Below, in pieces: positions 40,084-48,361 of a DNA stretch of 64,000 nt. Each line of letters starts with the position of its first letter. The first letter of the stretch is position 1. The DNA comes from Eubacteriales bacterium. Its GTDB lineage: Bacteria; Bacillota; Clostridia; Oscillospirales; CAG-272. The notes under the pieces were generated by a model. It ran no database searches. It was given only the letters and a program-made list of their open reading frames with translations, and was not told where the DNA came from. The translations under genes and the position numbers were made by a program. The stretch is taken from NCBI GenBank assembly GCA_045612385.1, contig JAZKYZ010000068.1, forward strand, positions 4,429-68,428. The letters are read 5' to 3'.

Positions 40084-40614
40084 TTTTTGTCTATGAAATT
40101 TAACATCATGTAATTCGTAGGTGTATTTTCCTACAATGATACCGGAATTTAACATTGTTTCAAGTTCAGCCCACACCTCGCTGATATAAAAACGAGGTTC
40201 AGAGCCAAATATTTCAACAAATTTTTCCATATTATCAACTACAAGATGTCTTGCGCAAAGCGAAGATAACATTTTGTAACCGCCAAGATTGACTTTTCCA
40301 CTGAATCCGCCAAGTTGATATATCGTTTCTTCCAGATTCAAACGGTGTTTTGTAGAATCTACCTTGTAATCAATCTCCCCGACTTTGCGAATGAAATCAC
40401 AGATAAGGTTTTGCCAATCGAGATAAGAAAACAATCCCTTTTTGACACACAAATGTCCAAGAATTTCATCGTCTGAGAGGTCATAATCATCTTGCCAGAT
40501 AAGTTCACGCAATGTAGAGTAGAGAAGCGTCTGTTCACCTTCGTTGATTTTTACTATTTTAAGGCAATCCGTTTCGTCGAGCTTCGGACAAGCAAGTGTT
40601 TTAGTAATATACAT
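40081..40614 (-). CDS. hypothetical cytoplasmic protein
   Basis: 177-aa ORF, last gene of the NUDIX operon, 12 nt after the preceding gene. No motif recognised. Confidence 0.5.
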   Translation of the reverse strand: MYITKTLACPKLDETDCLKIVKINEGEQTLLYSTLRELIWQDDYDLSDDEILGHLCVKKGLFSYLDWQNLICDFIRKVGEIDYKVDSTKHRLNLEETIYQLGGFSGKVNLGGYKMLSSLCARHLVVDNMEKFVEIFGSEPRFYISEVWAELETMLNSGIIVGKYTYELHDVKFHRQK

Positions 40615-40626
40615 TTCTTTTCTTCC

Positions 40627-41718
40627 TCAATCAGTCGTTTTTTCGTATAAAATATAGAAGTTTTTGAGTGTAAATGTTGCACTTTGCGCGTGATCTACGC
40701 CATCAATTTTATCCATTAAATATCCCTTTTCAAATTGGGTTTGATTCACAATGGTATCTGAATTATCTGTAAACAGAATATCACCATCAGAAACAACCTG
40801 ATACGAAGCTTTGTAAGAGATTTTTGAGTAGAGAATAGTTCCATCAATTTCTTTGAGTTCCACGCTTCCCGAAAGGCGCATACAATTATGGTCATCTGTA
40901 CTTTGTTGCACGATTTGTGAAACATTGAAATACTTTGTGATATCGCAACCATAATAGGAATATATTACGCCATATCGCTCAGATGTAGAATAAATCAGTT
41001 GCTTGTTTTCAGGTTTACTCCGATCTTCAAAGTAATAGAGGTCGTAAACAATTTTTCCATCTTCTTTGTAGAATTCCAAATATATCAAGTCGTTATATTT
41101 GTTGTAGGTTGTCAGCATCAATCGTTCGCCTGTATATGTATAGTTTTCGGCATTTTTCTTTGCGAAGTGTTTTGTCAGATATGAATTCATCATCGTCCAA
41201 TTTAGGTCAACAACAAACAGTTCATCTGTGATTTCAAGAGGTGAAACCTCAAAGGTATAGTCGGAAGCGCCTATTGTATCGGCAATGGTGGCATCTTTAT
41301 GAATATTTGTATTGTAATAAATAAACTTTAACGAGCCGTCCTCACGTTCCCCAAGTGCAACATAACACAAAAAATAACGATAACTTCCTTGAATATCGTG
41401 ACCACCATTTTTACCGGCAAAAGACGTCAAAGCGACATCTATATTATCTCCATTGACAAAATTTGTCGAGAACTGAGTGTTAAAAGAAGTAATTTCAAGT
41501 GTACCATCATCTCGGTAATTCGTTTCGCCATAAATGCTTTCGTATTGACTATTGAATAACCACTTTTTAATTTGGTACTTTTCTTGTGCAACACTTAAAA
41601 CTTCCTCAGATGTGTATTCTACCATATCAGGATATGTAGTCGTTTTACCAAACAAAAAACAAGAAACTAACATCAATATAAAAAATACCATTGGTAATAG
41701 AACAAATAGTTTCTTCAT
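40627..41718 (-). CDS. putative lipoprotein, unknown function
   Basis: 363 aa. Signal peptide with a lipobox-like LVSC, then a Tyr/Asn/Thr-rich, probably beta-rich body. Confidence 0.55.
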   Translation of the reverse strand: MKKLFVLLPMVFFILMLVSCFLFGKTTTYPDMVEYTSEEVLSVAQEKYQIKKWLFNSQYESIYGETNYRDDGTLEITSFNTQFSTNFVNGDNIDVALTSFAGKNGGHDIQGSYRYFLCYVALGEREDGSLKFIYYNTNIHKDATIADTIGASDYTFEVSPLEITDELFVVDLNWTMMNSYLTKHFAKKNAENYTYTGERLMLTTYNKYNDLIYLEFYKEDGKIVYDLYYFEDRSKPENKQLIYSTSERYGVIYSYYGCDITKYFNVSQIVQQSTDDHNCMRLSGSVELKEIDGTILYSKISYKASYQVVSDGDILFTDNSDTIVNQTQFEKGYLMDKIDGVDHAQSATFTLKNFYILYEKTTD

Positions 41719-41745
41719 ACAATTACCTCTTAATCAGCTTGGGTA

Positions 41746-42078
41746 TTACCATCTTGTCATATTATGTTGAAATTTCTTTGTGTAAGCCTCTTTTAATTCT
41801 TCTTCTGTGATGTTGTAACATAACATCACGTCATTAAAATACATTAAAACATCTGCCATTTCCTCAATCAAATGTGGACGGACTGAAGGATCGGTGCAGG
41901 CGATTTCTCCACCATTTTTCTTGACAATATCAATCACTTCACCAAGTTCACCAATCATCCAAAGGAGTTTATTTTGTCCAATTTTAGGACAAATAGGTTC
42001 CCATATGTGCTTGTACTTTTCCTGTAAGATTCTTTGCATTTCTTGCATTTCGCCTATGGTAAATTGTACTTCATTCAT
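41746..42078 (-). CDS. MazG-like nucleotide pyrophosphohydrolase (small all-alpha NTP-PPase)
   Basis: 110 aa. Motifs LLWMIGELGEVIDIVKK and LIEEMADVLMYF are typical of the MazG/dimeric dUTPase-like family. Confidence 0.7.
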   Translation of the reverse strand: MNEVQFTIGEMQEMQRILQEKYKHIWEPICPKIGQNKLLWMIGELGEVIDIVKKNGGEIACTDPSVRPHLIEEMADVLMYFNDVMLCYNITEEELKEAYTKKFQHNMTRW

Positions 42079-42602
42079 AATTCAATCCAAAACCTTTTTA
42101 AATTTATGTTTTCATTTGGTTCGTATACGGTGGATTCGTACACACCACCATTTGCCAAAATAGTTCTTTCGCTTCCCAAATTGCCATCGACGCAGGTTAT
42201 CAGAATCCTGCTAAGCCCTAATTCCTTGCAGAAAGGAAGCGCCATACTAAGCATTCTTTTGGCGTAACCACGACGTCGTTCACTTGGTCTTATAGAATAA
42301 CCTATATGTCCTGCGTATTTTTCAAGATAGTCATTGAAGTGGTGGCGCACTTGAAGCATACCAAGAAGCTTATTGTCCCTTTTCTGAATAAACAGAAATT
42401 GTGTTGCTGGAACCAAATTTTCAGGAACATTTTTCGGATCTTCTCGTTCGATACTTATTTTTATGTATTCTTCCGGATCAACTGTTTTTCTTAGAGCTCC
42501 GGTTCCGTCCATTGAGTCGCCGGCATCAATAAACTCTTGTCTGTATTCTGCAATCTGATTTGCATATTCATTGGTTGGCCGTATTAAAAGAAATTCTTGC
42601 AT
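42075..42602 (-). CDS. GNAT-family N-acetyltransferase
   Basis: 175 aa. Acetyl-CoA binding motif RPSERRRGYAKRML. The start overlaps the MazG-like gene (ATGA). Confidence 0.8.
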   Translation of the reverse strand: MQEFLLIRPTNEYANQIAEYRQEFIDAGDSMDGTGALRKTVDPEEYIKISIEREDPKNVPENLVPATQFLFIQKRDNKLLGMLQVRHHFNDYLEKYAGHIGYSIRPSERRRGYAKRMLSMALPFCKELGLSRILITCVDGNLGSERTILANGGVYESTVYEPNENINLKRFWIEL

Positions 42603-42616
42603 AAATCACCTCAGAA

Positions 42617-43072
42617 TTAACAATACACTGTTTTATAATCGTCAGTATAATAGATTTCGCTGATTTTACTGTTTGTAAATACGGGTAGCATTTCAGCAAA
42701 ACCATCAATCAGTTTGTCGGACTTTGAAAGTTCGCAGAGAGGATACCAAAATATCTCTCCTTCATTTGAAGCCTTCAAGTCACCTGTAAACTTATCAGCG
42801 ATATACAGGAAAACAATATAGCGTTTTCCATCCTTCGATTTGTGAAATTCTTTGATCCCACAAAGTTTTGGATTTTCGATTTGCAGACCGGTTTCTTCTT
42901 GTATTTCTCGAATAACAGACGGAGTAACATATTCGCCTGGCTCAATATGACCTCCTGGAAAATTCCATCCATGCCATGTCGGATGATTTTTCTTGTCCTG
43001 TACCAGAACATTACCCTCACCATCATATATCATACACATATTAGTAAGTTCAACTTCTTCGTTTCTTGTCAT
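42617..43072 (-). CDS. NUDIX hydrolase (MutT-like)
   Basis: 151 aa with a Nudix box, GGHIEPGEYVTPSVIREIQEETGL. Confidence 0.85.
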   Translation of the reverse strand: MTRNEEVELTNMCMIYDGEGNVLVQDKKNHPTWHGWNFPGGHIEPGEYVTPSVIREIQEETGLQIENPKLCGIKEFHKSKDGKRYIVFLYIADKFTGDLKASNEGEIFWYPLCELSKSDKLIDGFAEMLPVFTNSKISEIYYTDDYKTVYC

Positions 43073-43146
43073 CGGGAACCTCTGCTTTCTTGCGATATTA
43101 TAATTTATTTGCTATTAAAATGAAACCATTATGCTTGTTCAATATA

Positions 43147-43175
43147 ATTATACCATGCGTAGAAATAAAATGCAA
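43147..43175 (-). promoter_or_regulatory. sigma-A type promoter of the NUDIX operon
   Basis: On the minus strand: TTGCAT, 17-nt spacer, TATAAT, with extended -10 TG. Confidence 0.5.
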
Positions 43176-43193
43176 TACTTTCGTTTTAACAAG

Positions 43194-43207
43194 CACCCGA
43201 TTGGGTG
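43194..43207. repeat. second copy of the hairpin cacccgattgggtg, identical to 43351..43364
   Basis: Exact 14-nt duplicate of the tRNA-Ser terminator hairpin. This copy lacks the flanking A-run and T-run. Confidence 0.8.
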
Positions 43208-43343
43208 GATCGCGAAAGGGGTTTTCGCCAAGGCGAATATACCCACACTCTGCGCCTGACAAGCAAGCTTGTCGATCTACGAATGGGGTATGCGAACCCT
43301 GCGTCTTACGACGCTGTGCCGAATGCGACTTCTCTTAACCAAT
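43208..43343 (-). ncRNA. candidate structured RNA, unclassified
   Basis: A GC-rich island in AT-rich intergenic DNA. On the minus strand the local hairpins are capped by a GNRA (GUAA) tetraloop and two CUUG tetraloops. No plausible CDS. Both the strand and the function are tentative. Confidence 0.3.
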
Positions 43344-43372
43344 AAAAAAACACCCGATTGGGTGCTTTTTTT
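43344..43372. terminator. bidirectional terminator downstream of tRNA-Ser
   Basis: aaaaaaa-cacccgattgggtg-cttttttt. Confidence 0.7.
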
Positions 43373-43374
43373 AT

Positions 43375-43465
43375 TGGCGGAGAGAAAGGGATTCGAACCC
43401 TTGATACCGGTTAGGGTATACACGATTTCCAGTCGTGCGCCTTAGACCAACTCGGCCATCTCTCC
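43375..43465 (-). tRNA. tRNA-Ser (anticodon GGA), CCA encoded
   Basis: Reverse complement is GGAGAGATGGCCGAGTTGGTCTAAGGCGCACGACTGGAAATCGTG...GGGTTCGAATCCCTTTCTCTCCGCCA. Shows a cloverleaf with a long variable arm and anticodon loop CUGGAAA. Confidence 0.95.
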
Positions 43466-43478
43466 ACAAGACTTCTAT

Positions 43479-43507
43479 ATTATAGCAGAAAAAAATCACT
43501 TTGTCAA
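43479..43507 (-). promoter_or_regulatory. consensus sigma-A promoter of tRNA-Ser
   Basis: On the minus strand: TTGACA, 17-nt spacer, TATAAT, about 13 nt upstream of the mature tRNA 5' end. Confidence 0.6.
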
Positions 43508-43595
43508 TAGAGAAAAGTCAAAAAAATTTATAAATTTTAAAAACAAGTAAAAAATCTTTTTTTATTTAAAATAGGCTTAGATTTTGTATTTTGTA

Positions 43596-43624
43596 TTGTA
43601 ATATCTTATTCCCTATGGTATAAT
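43596..43624 (+). promoter_or_regulatory. sigma-A type promoter of the Gfo/Idh/MocA locus
   Basis: TTGTAA, 17-nt spacer, TATAAT, with extended -10 TG. Confidence 0.5.
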
Positions 43625-43651
43625 CAAAACAAAAGTATAGGAGTTTTAGAA

Positions 43652-44737
43652 ATAAAAATTATAAAAGTTGGTATTATTGGTTGTGGTGGTATTGCTAACG
43701 GAAAGCATATGCCATCTCTTGCTAAGGTTGAAGGATGCGAAATGGTTGCATTCTGTGATATTATTTTGGAAAGAGCAGAGAAGGCGGCTCAGAAGTATGG
43801 TACACCCGATGCTAAAGTTTTTGAAAATTATAAAGACTTGCTTGCAATGGAAGAAATTGATGTTGTTCACGTCTTAACTCCTAATCGCTCTCATAGTTTT
43901 ATCACGGTGGATGCACTTCGCGCTGGAAAACACGTTATGTGCGAAAAGCCGATGGCAATCAATTCTAAAGAAGCAAAATTGATGCTTGACACTGCGAGAG
44001 AAACGGGCAAGAAACTTACCATTGGTTATCAAAGCCGTTTCCGTCCTGACTCTCTTTATCTCAAACAAGAAGCTGAAGCAGGCGTGTTTGGTGATATTTA
44101 TTACGCAAAAGCAACAGCGATTCGCCGTCGCACAGTTTCTACTTGGGGAGTATTCCTTAACGAATATGAACAAGGTGGTGGTCCTTTGATTGACATTGGT
44201 ACTCACGCGCTGGATCTCACCCTCTGGGTAGTGAACAATTATAAACCTAAGTTCTGCGTCGGTACTACATATCACAAACTTAATCAGGACACCGATTAAG
44301 GTAATGCTTGGGGCAACTGGGATCCAGAAAAGTTTACTGTGGAAGATAGTGCTTTTGGTTTTATCGTAATGGAGAACGGCGCTACTATTGTGCTGGAATC
44401 TGCTTGGGCATTGAATACCCTCGAAGTTCGTGAGGCAAAAACAGCTATATGTGGAATGCTTGCAGGCGCTGATATGAACGACGGCCTTCGTATTAACTCC
44501 ATTCACAATAACCGACAGATTGTTACCAAGCCTTCTTTCAATGCTGGTGGCGCTGCGTTCAATGACGGATCGACAGGAGAAGATGCTGCCGAAATGGAAG
44601 AACGCCTTTGGATTGAAGCTGTTCGTAATGATACAGAGCCTTTCACACTTCCGGAGCAGGCTTTTGTAGTAACACGTATTCTTGAAGGTATTTACGAGTC
44701 TGCAAAGACTGGAAATATTTTTTATTTTGATAATTAA
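43652..44737 (+). pseudogene. Gfo/Idh/MocA-family oxidoreductase, disrupted by an in-frame TAA and lacking a canonical start
   Basis: ORFs 43709..44299 and 44339..44737 are in the same frame, separated by a single TAA at 44297..44299. The Rossmann motif KVGIIGCGGIANGKH lies upstream of the first ATG. The codon at the expected start position, 8 nt after AGGAG, is ATA. Confidence 0.7.
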
Positions 44738-44748
44738 ATGGAGGATTT

Positions 44749-46983
44749 ATGGTTTTCTCAAAAAAGTTTGTGAGCGCAACACGTGATTATGCCACGATTA
44801 AGAAAAATGTTCCAGCGCCCTATCTCCGTCGCAACTTTATTTTTCACGATATTCCCGCAAAAGCGACAATAACCGTATGTGGTCTTGGCTTCTATCGTAT
44901 GTTTATTAACGGTAAAGAAGTAACAAGAACGCATATGGCGCCATATATCGTAAATTCGCATCAAGTTTTGCCGTATGATACTTATGATATAACTGAAGAA
45001 CTGGTTTTTGGTGAAAATACGTTAGCTTTTATGCTCGGAAATGGTATGCAAAACTGTTTTGGTGGTTTTATTTGGAATTTTGAACAAGCCACATTTCGTT
45101 CTGCTCCAAAGCTTGCTTTTGCGCTCGAAATTGAGCAAAATGGAGAAACTGTGATTTACGAAGCAGATGAGAATCTTTTTTGTATTCCTTCTCCTATGTA
45201 TTTTGATGATTTTCGTATGGGCGTAAAATATGATGCTCGCAAAGAAATTCCCGATTGGAACCTTCCCACTTGTGACGTTTCTTCTGCTACTCCTGCTATA
45301 GTGACGGATACTCCGAACGGTGAGGCAATTCTCGTTGATTGTTTACCTATTCGTGTCACCCGTGAAATTAAGCCCATTTCCATTTGGAAAGAGGATGATG
45401 CATATATTTATGATTTTGGAGAAAACTGCGCAGGTTTGACCCGTCTTTCTGTTCAGGGTACCTATGGTCAAAAAATTGTTATTGATCACGGGGAATGGAT
45501 AAAAGAAGGAAAGTTTACGCAAGAGAACCTCCTGTTCCATGGCAATTCTTTATCGCATCCAAACCCTAAGTACACACAGAGAACTGAATATATTTGTCGA
45601 GGTGGTAGCAGGGAAGAGTTTGTACCTTCCTTCACCTACTATGGTTTCCGTTATGCGAAGGTTACGGGTATTACTGAGGAACAGGCAACAGAAAATCTTT
45701 TGACTTATCTTGTGATGAATTCTGATTTTGAATCTCGTGGAGAATTCACGTCTTCTTGCGAAACCTTGAATACACTCTATCAGATGACGCGCAGAGCAAC
45801 TCTTGCAAACTTTATGCATATTCCTACAGACTGTCCTCATCGCGAAAAGAACGGCTGGACTGCCGATGCAGCATTATCAGCAGAGCATACTCTTTTGAAC
45901 TTTAACGCTGAAGATAACTATGTTATGTGGTTGCGCACCATTACGCGCGCAATGAATCATCAGGGTGCGCTTCCTGGCATCGTTCCGACTGGTGGTTGGG
46001 GATTTCATTGGGGAAATGGTCCTGCTTGGGACAGCGTTTTAATTTACCTGCCTTATTTTATGGCAGTAATGCGTGACGATTTGAGAGGAGCGAGAGAAGT
46101 TGCTTCCTCTATGTTACGTTATTTTCAATATCTTCGTACAAGAATGGATGAAAATGGTCTACTTGCGATCGGACTCGGTGACTGGTGCCACCCTCATCGT
46201 CCCGATATGACCCCTCTCATTTTTACAGACAGCGTAATTTCTTATGATCTTGCAAGAAAAGCAGAATACTTATATCACAGACTTGATCTTGATTTAGAGG
46301 AACAATTCTGTAAATCCTTCGCAGATAATATTTATTATGCTATTCGTAAACATCTTCTAATAGATCCTAAAGAAATGCGATTCCTTGGAAATTCACAAAC
46401 AGCGCAAGCAATGGCAATTTTTTACGGACTGTGTGAAAACAAAGAAGAAAAGCAACGTGCTTTTGATCTACTTGTGCAATATATCCACGAAAAAGATGAC
46501 CATATGTATTGTGGTGTTCTTGGTGGTCGCGTCATCTTCCGTGTGCTTTGTGACTTTGGATATCAGGACCTTGCTTATCATATGATTGTGCGTCCGGATC
46601 CACCATCCTATGGATATATGATCGAACAAGGTTATACTGCTTTGGCAGAAGACATTTTCATTAAAAATTCATCTTTTAATCATCATTTTTGGGGAGATAT
46701 TGCGGCATTGATGATTGAATATTTTGTAGGTATTCGCATCAATCCCTCTACAAATAATGTAAATGATGTTTTGATTGCTCCTATTTTTGTATCCGACCTG
46801 GATCACGCGAGTGCATCTCATATTCTTCCCGGAGGAAAGATTTCCGTGCAGTGGAGAAGAGCAGGGGAGAGTATACTTCTTTCGTATAACGCTGACAAAG
46901 CGCTCTATGTTACTGTTCAGACTCCTCCAGAGTATCAGATGACCAAAACAAGCGAATCTACATTTGTTTTTACTAAAATTTAA
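44749..46983 (+). CDS. GH78-like alpha-L-rhamnosidase family protein
   Basis: 744 aa. N-terminal motif GLGFYRMFINGKEV and catalytic-domain motif PTDCPHREKNGWTADA are typical of the bacterial rhamnosidase family. Confidence 0.75.
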   Translation: MVFSKKFVSATRDYATIKKNVPAPYLRRNFIFHDIPAKATITVCGLGFYRMFINGKEVTRTHMAPYIVNSHQVLPYDTYDITEELVFGENTLAFMLGNGMQNCFGGFIWNFEQATFRSAPKLAFALEIEQNGETVIYEADENLFCIPSPMYFDDFRMGVKYDARKEIPDWNLPTCDVSSATPAIVTDTPNGEAILVDCLPIRVTREIKPISIWKEDDAYIYDFGENCAGLTRLSVQGTYGQKIVIDHGEWIKEGKFTQENLLFHGNSLSHPNPKYTQRTEYICRGGSREEFVPSFTYYGFRYAKVTGITEEQATENLLTYLVMNSDFESRGEFTSSCETLNTLYQMTRRATLANFMHIPTDCPHREKNGWTADAALSAEHTLLNFNAEDNYVMWLRTITRAMNHQGALPGIVPTGGWGFHWGNGPAWDSVLIYLPYFMAVMRDDLRGAREVASSMLRYFQYLRTRMDENGLLAIGLGDWCHPHRPDMTPLIFTDSVISYDLARKAEYLYHRLDLDLEEQFCKSFADNIYYAIRKHLLIDPKEMRFLGNSQTAQAMAIFYGLCENKEEKQRAFDLLVQYIHEKDDHMYCGVLGGRVIFRVLCDFGYQDLAYHMIVRPDPPSYGYMIEQGYTALAEDIFIKNSSFNHHFWGDIAALMIEYFVGIRINPSTNNVNDVLIAPIFVSDLDHASASHILPGGKISVQWRRAGESILLSYNADKALYVTVQTPPEYQMTKTSESTFVFTKI

Positions 46984-46984
46984 A

Positions 46985-47021
46985 CAAAAAATCCTCATCG
47001 TAATCGATGAGGATTTTTTTA
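46985..47021. terminator. bidirectional terminator
   Basis: Stem aatcctcatcg/cgatgaggatt flanked by an A-run and a T-run. Confidence 0.7.
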
Positions 47022-47420
47022 TTATTTTTCAAGTGTTTCGTCGATAATTTCGGGATTTTGAGAATTCTCAGCAACGCTACGAATACCGTTCATTACGCCA
47101 CTTTTCGACTTATAACCCTCTTCGCTCATACATACGGACTCGCCGTTAGAAGCAATAAGGCGATAGCGATAGAGTCCAGCCTTGTCAAAATAAATTTCAA
47201 ATTTAGGACAAGTGCTGGTGGTAGGTGTTTTGAGAGTCTGGTCTTCAATTCTACCTTCGTCAATGCAACGTTTGGACTGTTTGCCAACAGATTCAATTCC
47301 ACTCTTGCAAGAACCTTTTGATTTATAAACCTGAGAAGCAACCGCAATCTTCTGCTTGTTAGAAGCAAGAAGGCTGAAATTAAAGCCCGTAGGAGTCTTT
47401 TTAATAATGAATATTCCCAT
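47022..47420 (-). CDS. YegP-family protein (tandem DUF1508 repeats)
   Basis: 132 aa with two repeats of the pattern F.L.A.NG..I..S..Y.SK..C..GI.SV. Confidence 0.75.
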   Translation of the reverse strand: MGIFIIKKTPTGFNFSLLASNKQKIAVASQVYKSKGSCKSGIESVGKQSKRCIDEGRIEDQTLKTPTTSTCPKFEIYFDKAGLYRYRLIASNGESVCMSEEGYKSKSGVMNGIRSVAENSQNPEIIDETLEK

Positions 47421-47585
47421 AAGATTTCCCCTTTCAAAAATATATATATTCTAATTATACAACAATTTTTTATAAAAGTAAATAGTTTTTTTGTATTTAT
47501 TTGTCATTATTTATCGAATTATACAAAGAAAAAAGTACGGATAGGGGAGGGAAATATTAAAAACATTATGTAAAGGTATCCGTAA

Positions 47586-47616
47586 AACAAAAAGACCGAA
47601 ATGTCGGTCTTTTTGT
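47586..47616 (-). terminator. terminator after the 147-aa gene
   Basis: Stem aaagaccga/tcggtcttt followed by a T-run on the minus strand. Confidence 0.6.
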
Positions 47617-47622
47617 GAAGAA

Positions 47623-48066
47623 TTATACCATTGCTTTACGAATAGCTGATACCCATTCAGTAACCTTCTGCATTTCCTCAGGAGAAACTTTTTTTGCAAA
47701 CTTGAAGGGAAGTCCTCCATTGATGTAAAGAATATTATCATCAATCACATGGGAGTCATTTGTTTTAGCCATATCGACAATTTTTTGCGCATTTTCAGGC
47801 GTACCATCAATGATAAAAGCAATATTGGATGTAACACTCTTCTTCAGAGATCTCATAAATCTTTGGAAAGAGTCAGGCATTTCTGCCTTTGCAGTTGCAA
47901 CGATAACAATAAGACGTTCTCCATCGCAGGGGTATGCAGGCATAATAACATCAGTCGCCTTATCTGCTTCGATCAATTTGGTTACTTCGTCAGCGATTGT
48001 GAGAAGTTTTCCCTTGTTTGTTTGTGTAAGTACACGCATTCTCATTGGATTTTTACCTCCGTACAT
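47623..48066 (-). CDS. hypothetical protein (possibly flavodoxin-like fold)
   Basis: 147-aa ORF with an alternating beta/alpha pattern. No FMN-loop motif was seen. The start may be an internal Met (MRMRV). Confidence 0.4.
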   Translation of the reverse strand: MYGGKNPMRMRVLTQTNKGKLLTIADEVTKLIEADKATDVIMPAYPCDGERLIVIVATAKAEMPDSFQRFMRSLKKSVTSNIAFIIDGTPENAQKIVDMAKTNDSHVIDDNILYINGGLPFKFAKKVSPEEMQKVTEWVSAIRKAMV

Positions 48067-48182
48067 TTTTATGAAACAATTATAGCATAGATTTATGAAT
48101 AAAGCAAGTCCTTAGAGAAATTTTACATTTTTCAGGTGGAAAAGGCATAATTAGTGTCTTATATTGGTATATTTCTTCCCTT

Positions 48183-48212
48183 AATTATACAAAATCTATC
48201 TTTTGTATAATT
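48183..48212. promoter_or_regulatory. perfect 12-6-12 palindrome, candidate operator
   Basis: aattatacaaaa-tctatc-ttttgtataatt, in the divergent intergenic region between 48066 and 48362. Confidence 0.4.
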
Positions 48213-48361
48213 GTATATACAGATATAGACTGCTCTATTATTTATAAACACTTATTTTTTGGGGTAAGTATACTTCTCTTTTCATTCTATTTTAAAGAAA
48301 TGCATTGACTTTTTATCAAATTTAATATAAAATAAAATAGATATTATAAATGGAGTATATT

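Noticed and set aside
43203-43214. A plus-strand GGGTGGATCGCG string resembling the T-box riboswitch core (GGGUGGUACCGCG).
   Set aside because: It is one nucleotide short of the consensus, lies at the wrong end of the element and has no specifier or stem I features. No plus-strand gene lies downstream; the next feature is tRNA-Ser on the opposite strand.
43066-43338. A 90-aa plus-strand ORF across the GC-rich intergenic island.
   Set aside because: It begins inside the NUDIX gene start region and crosses a promoter. It has no RBS and gives an Arg/Cys-rich translation. The region is better explained as non-coding structured DNA or RNA.
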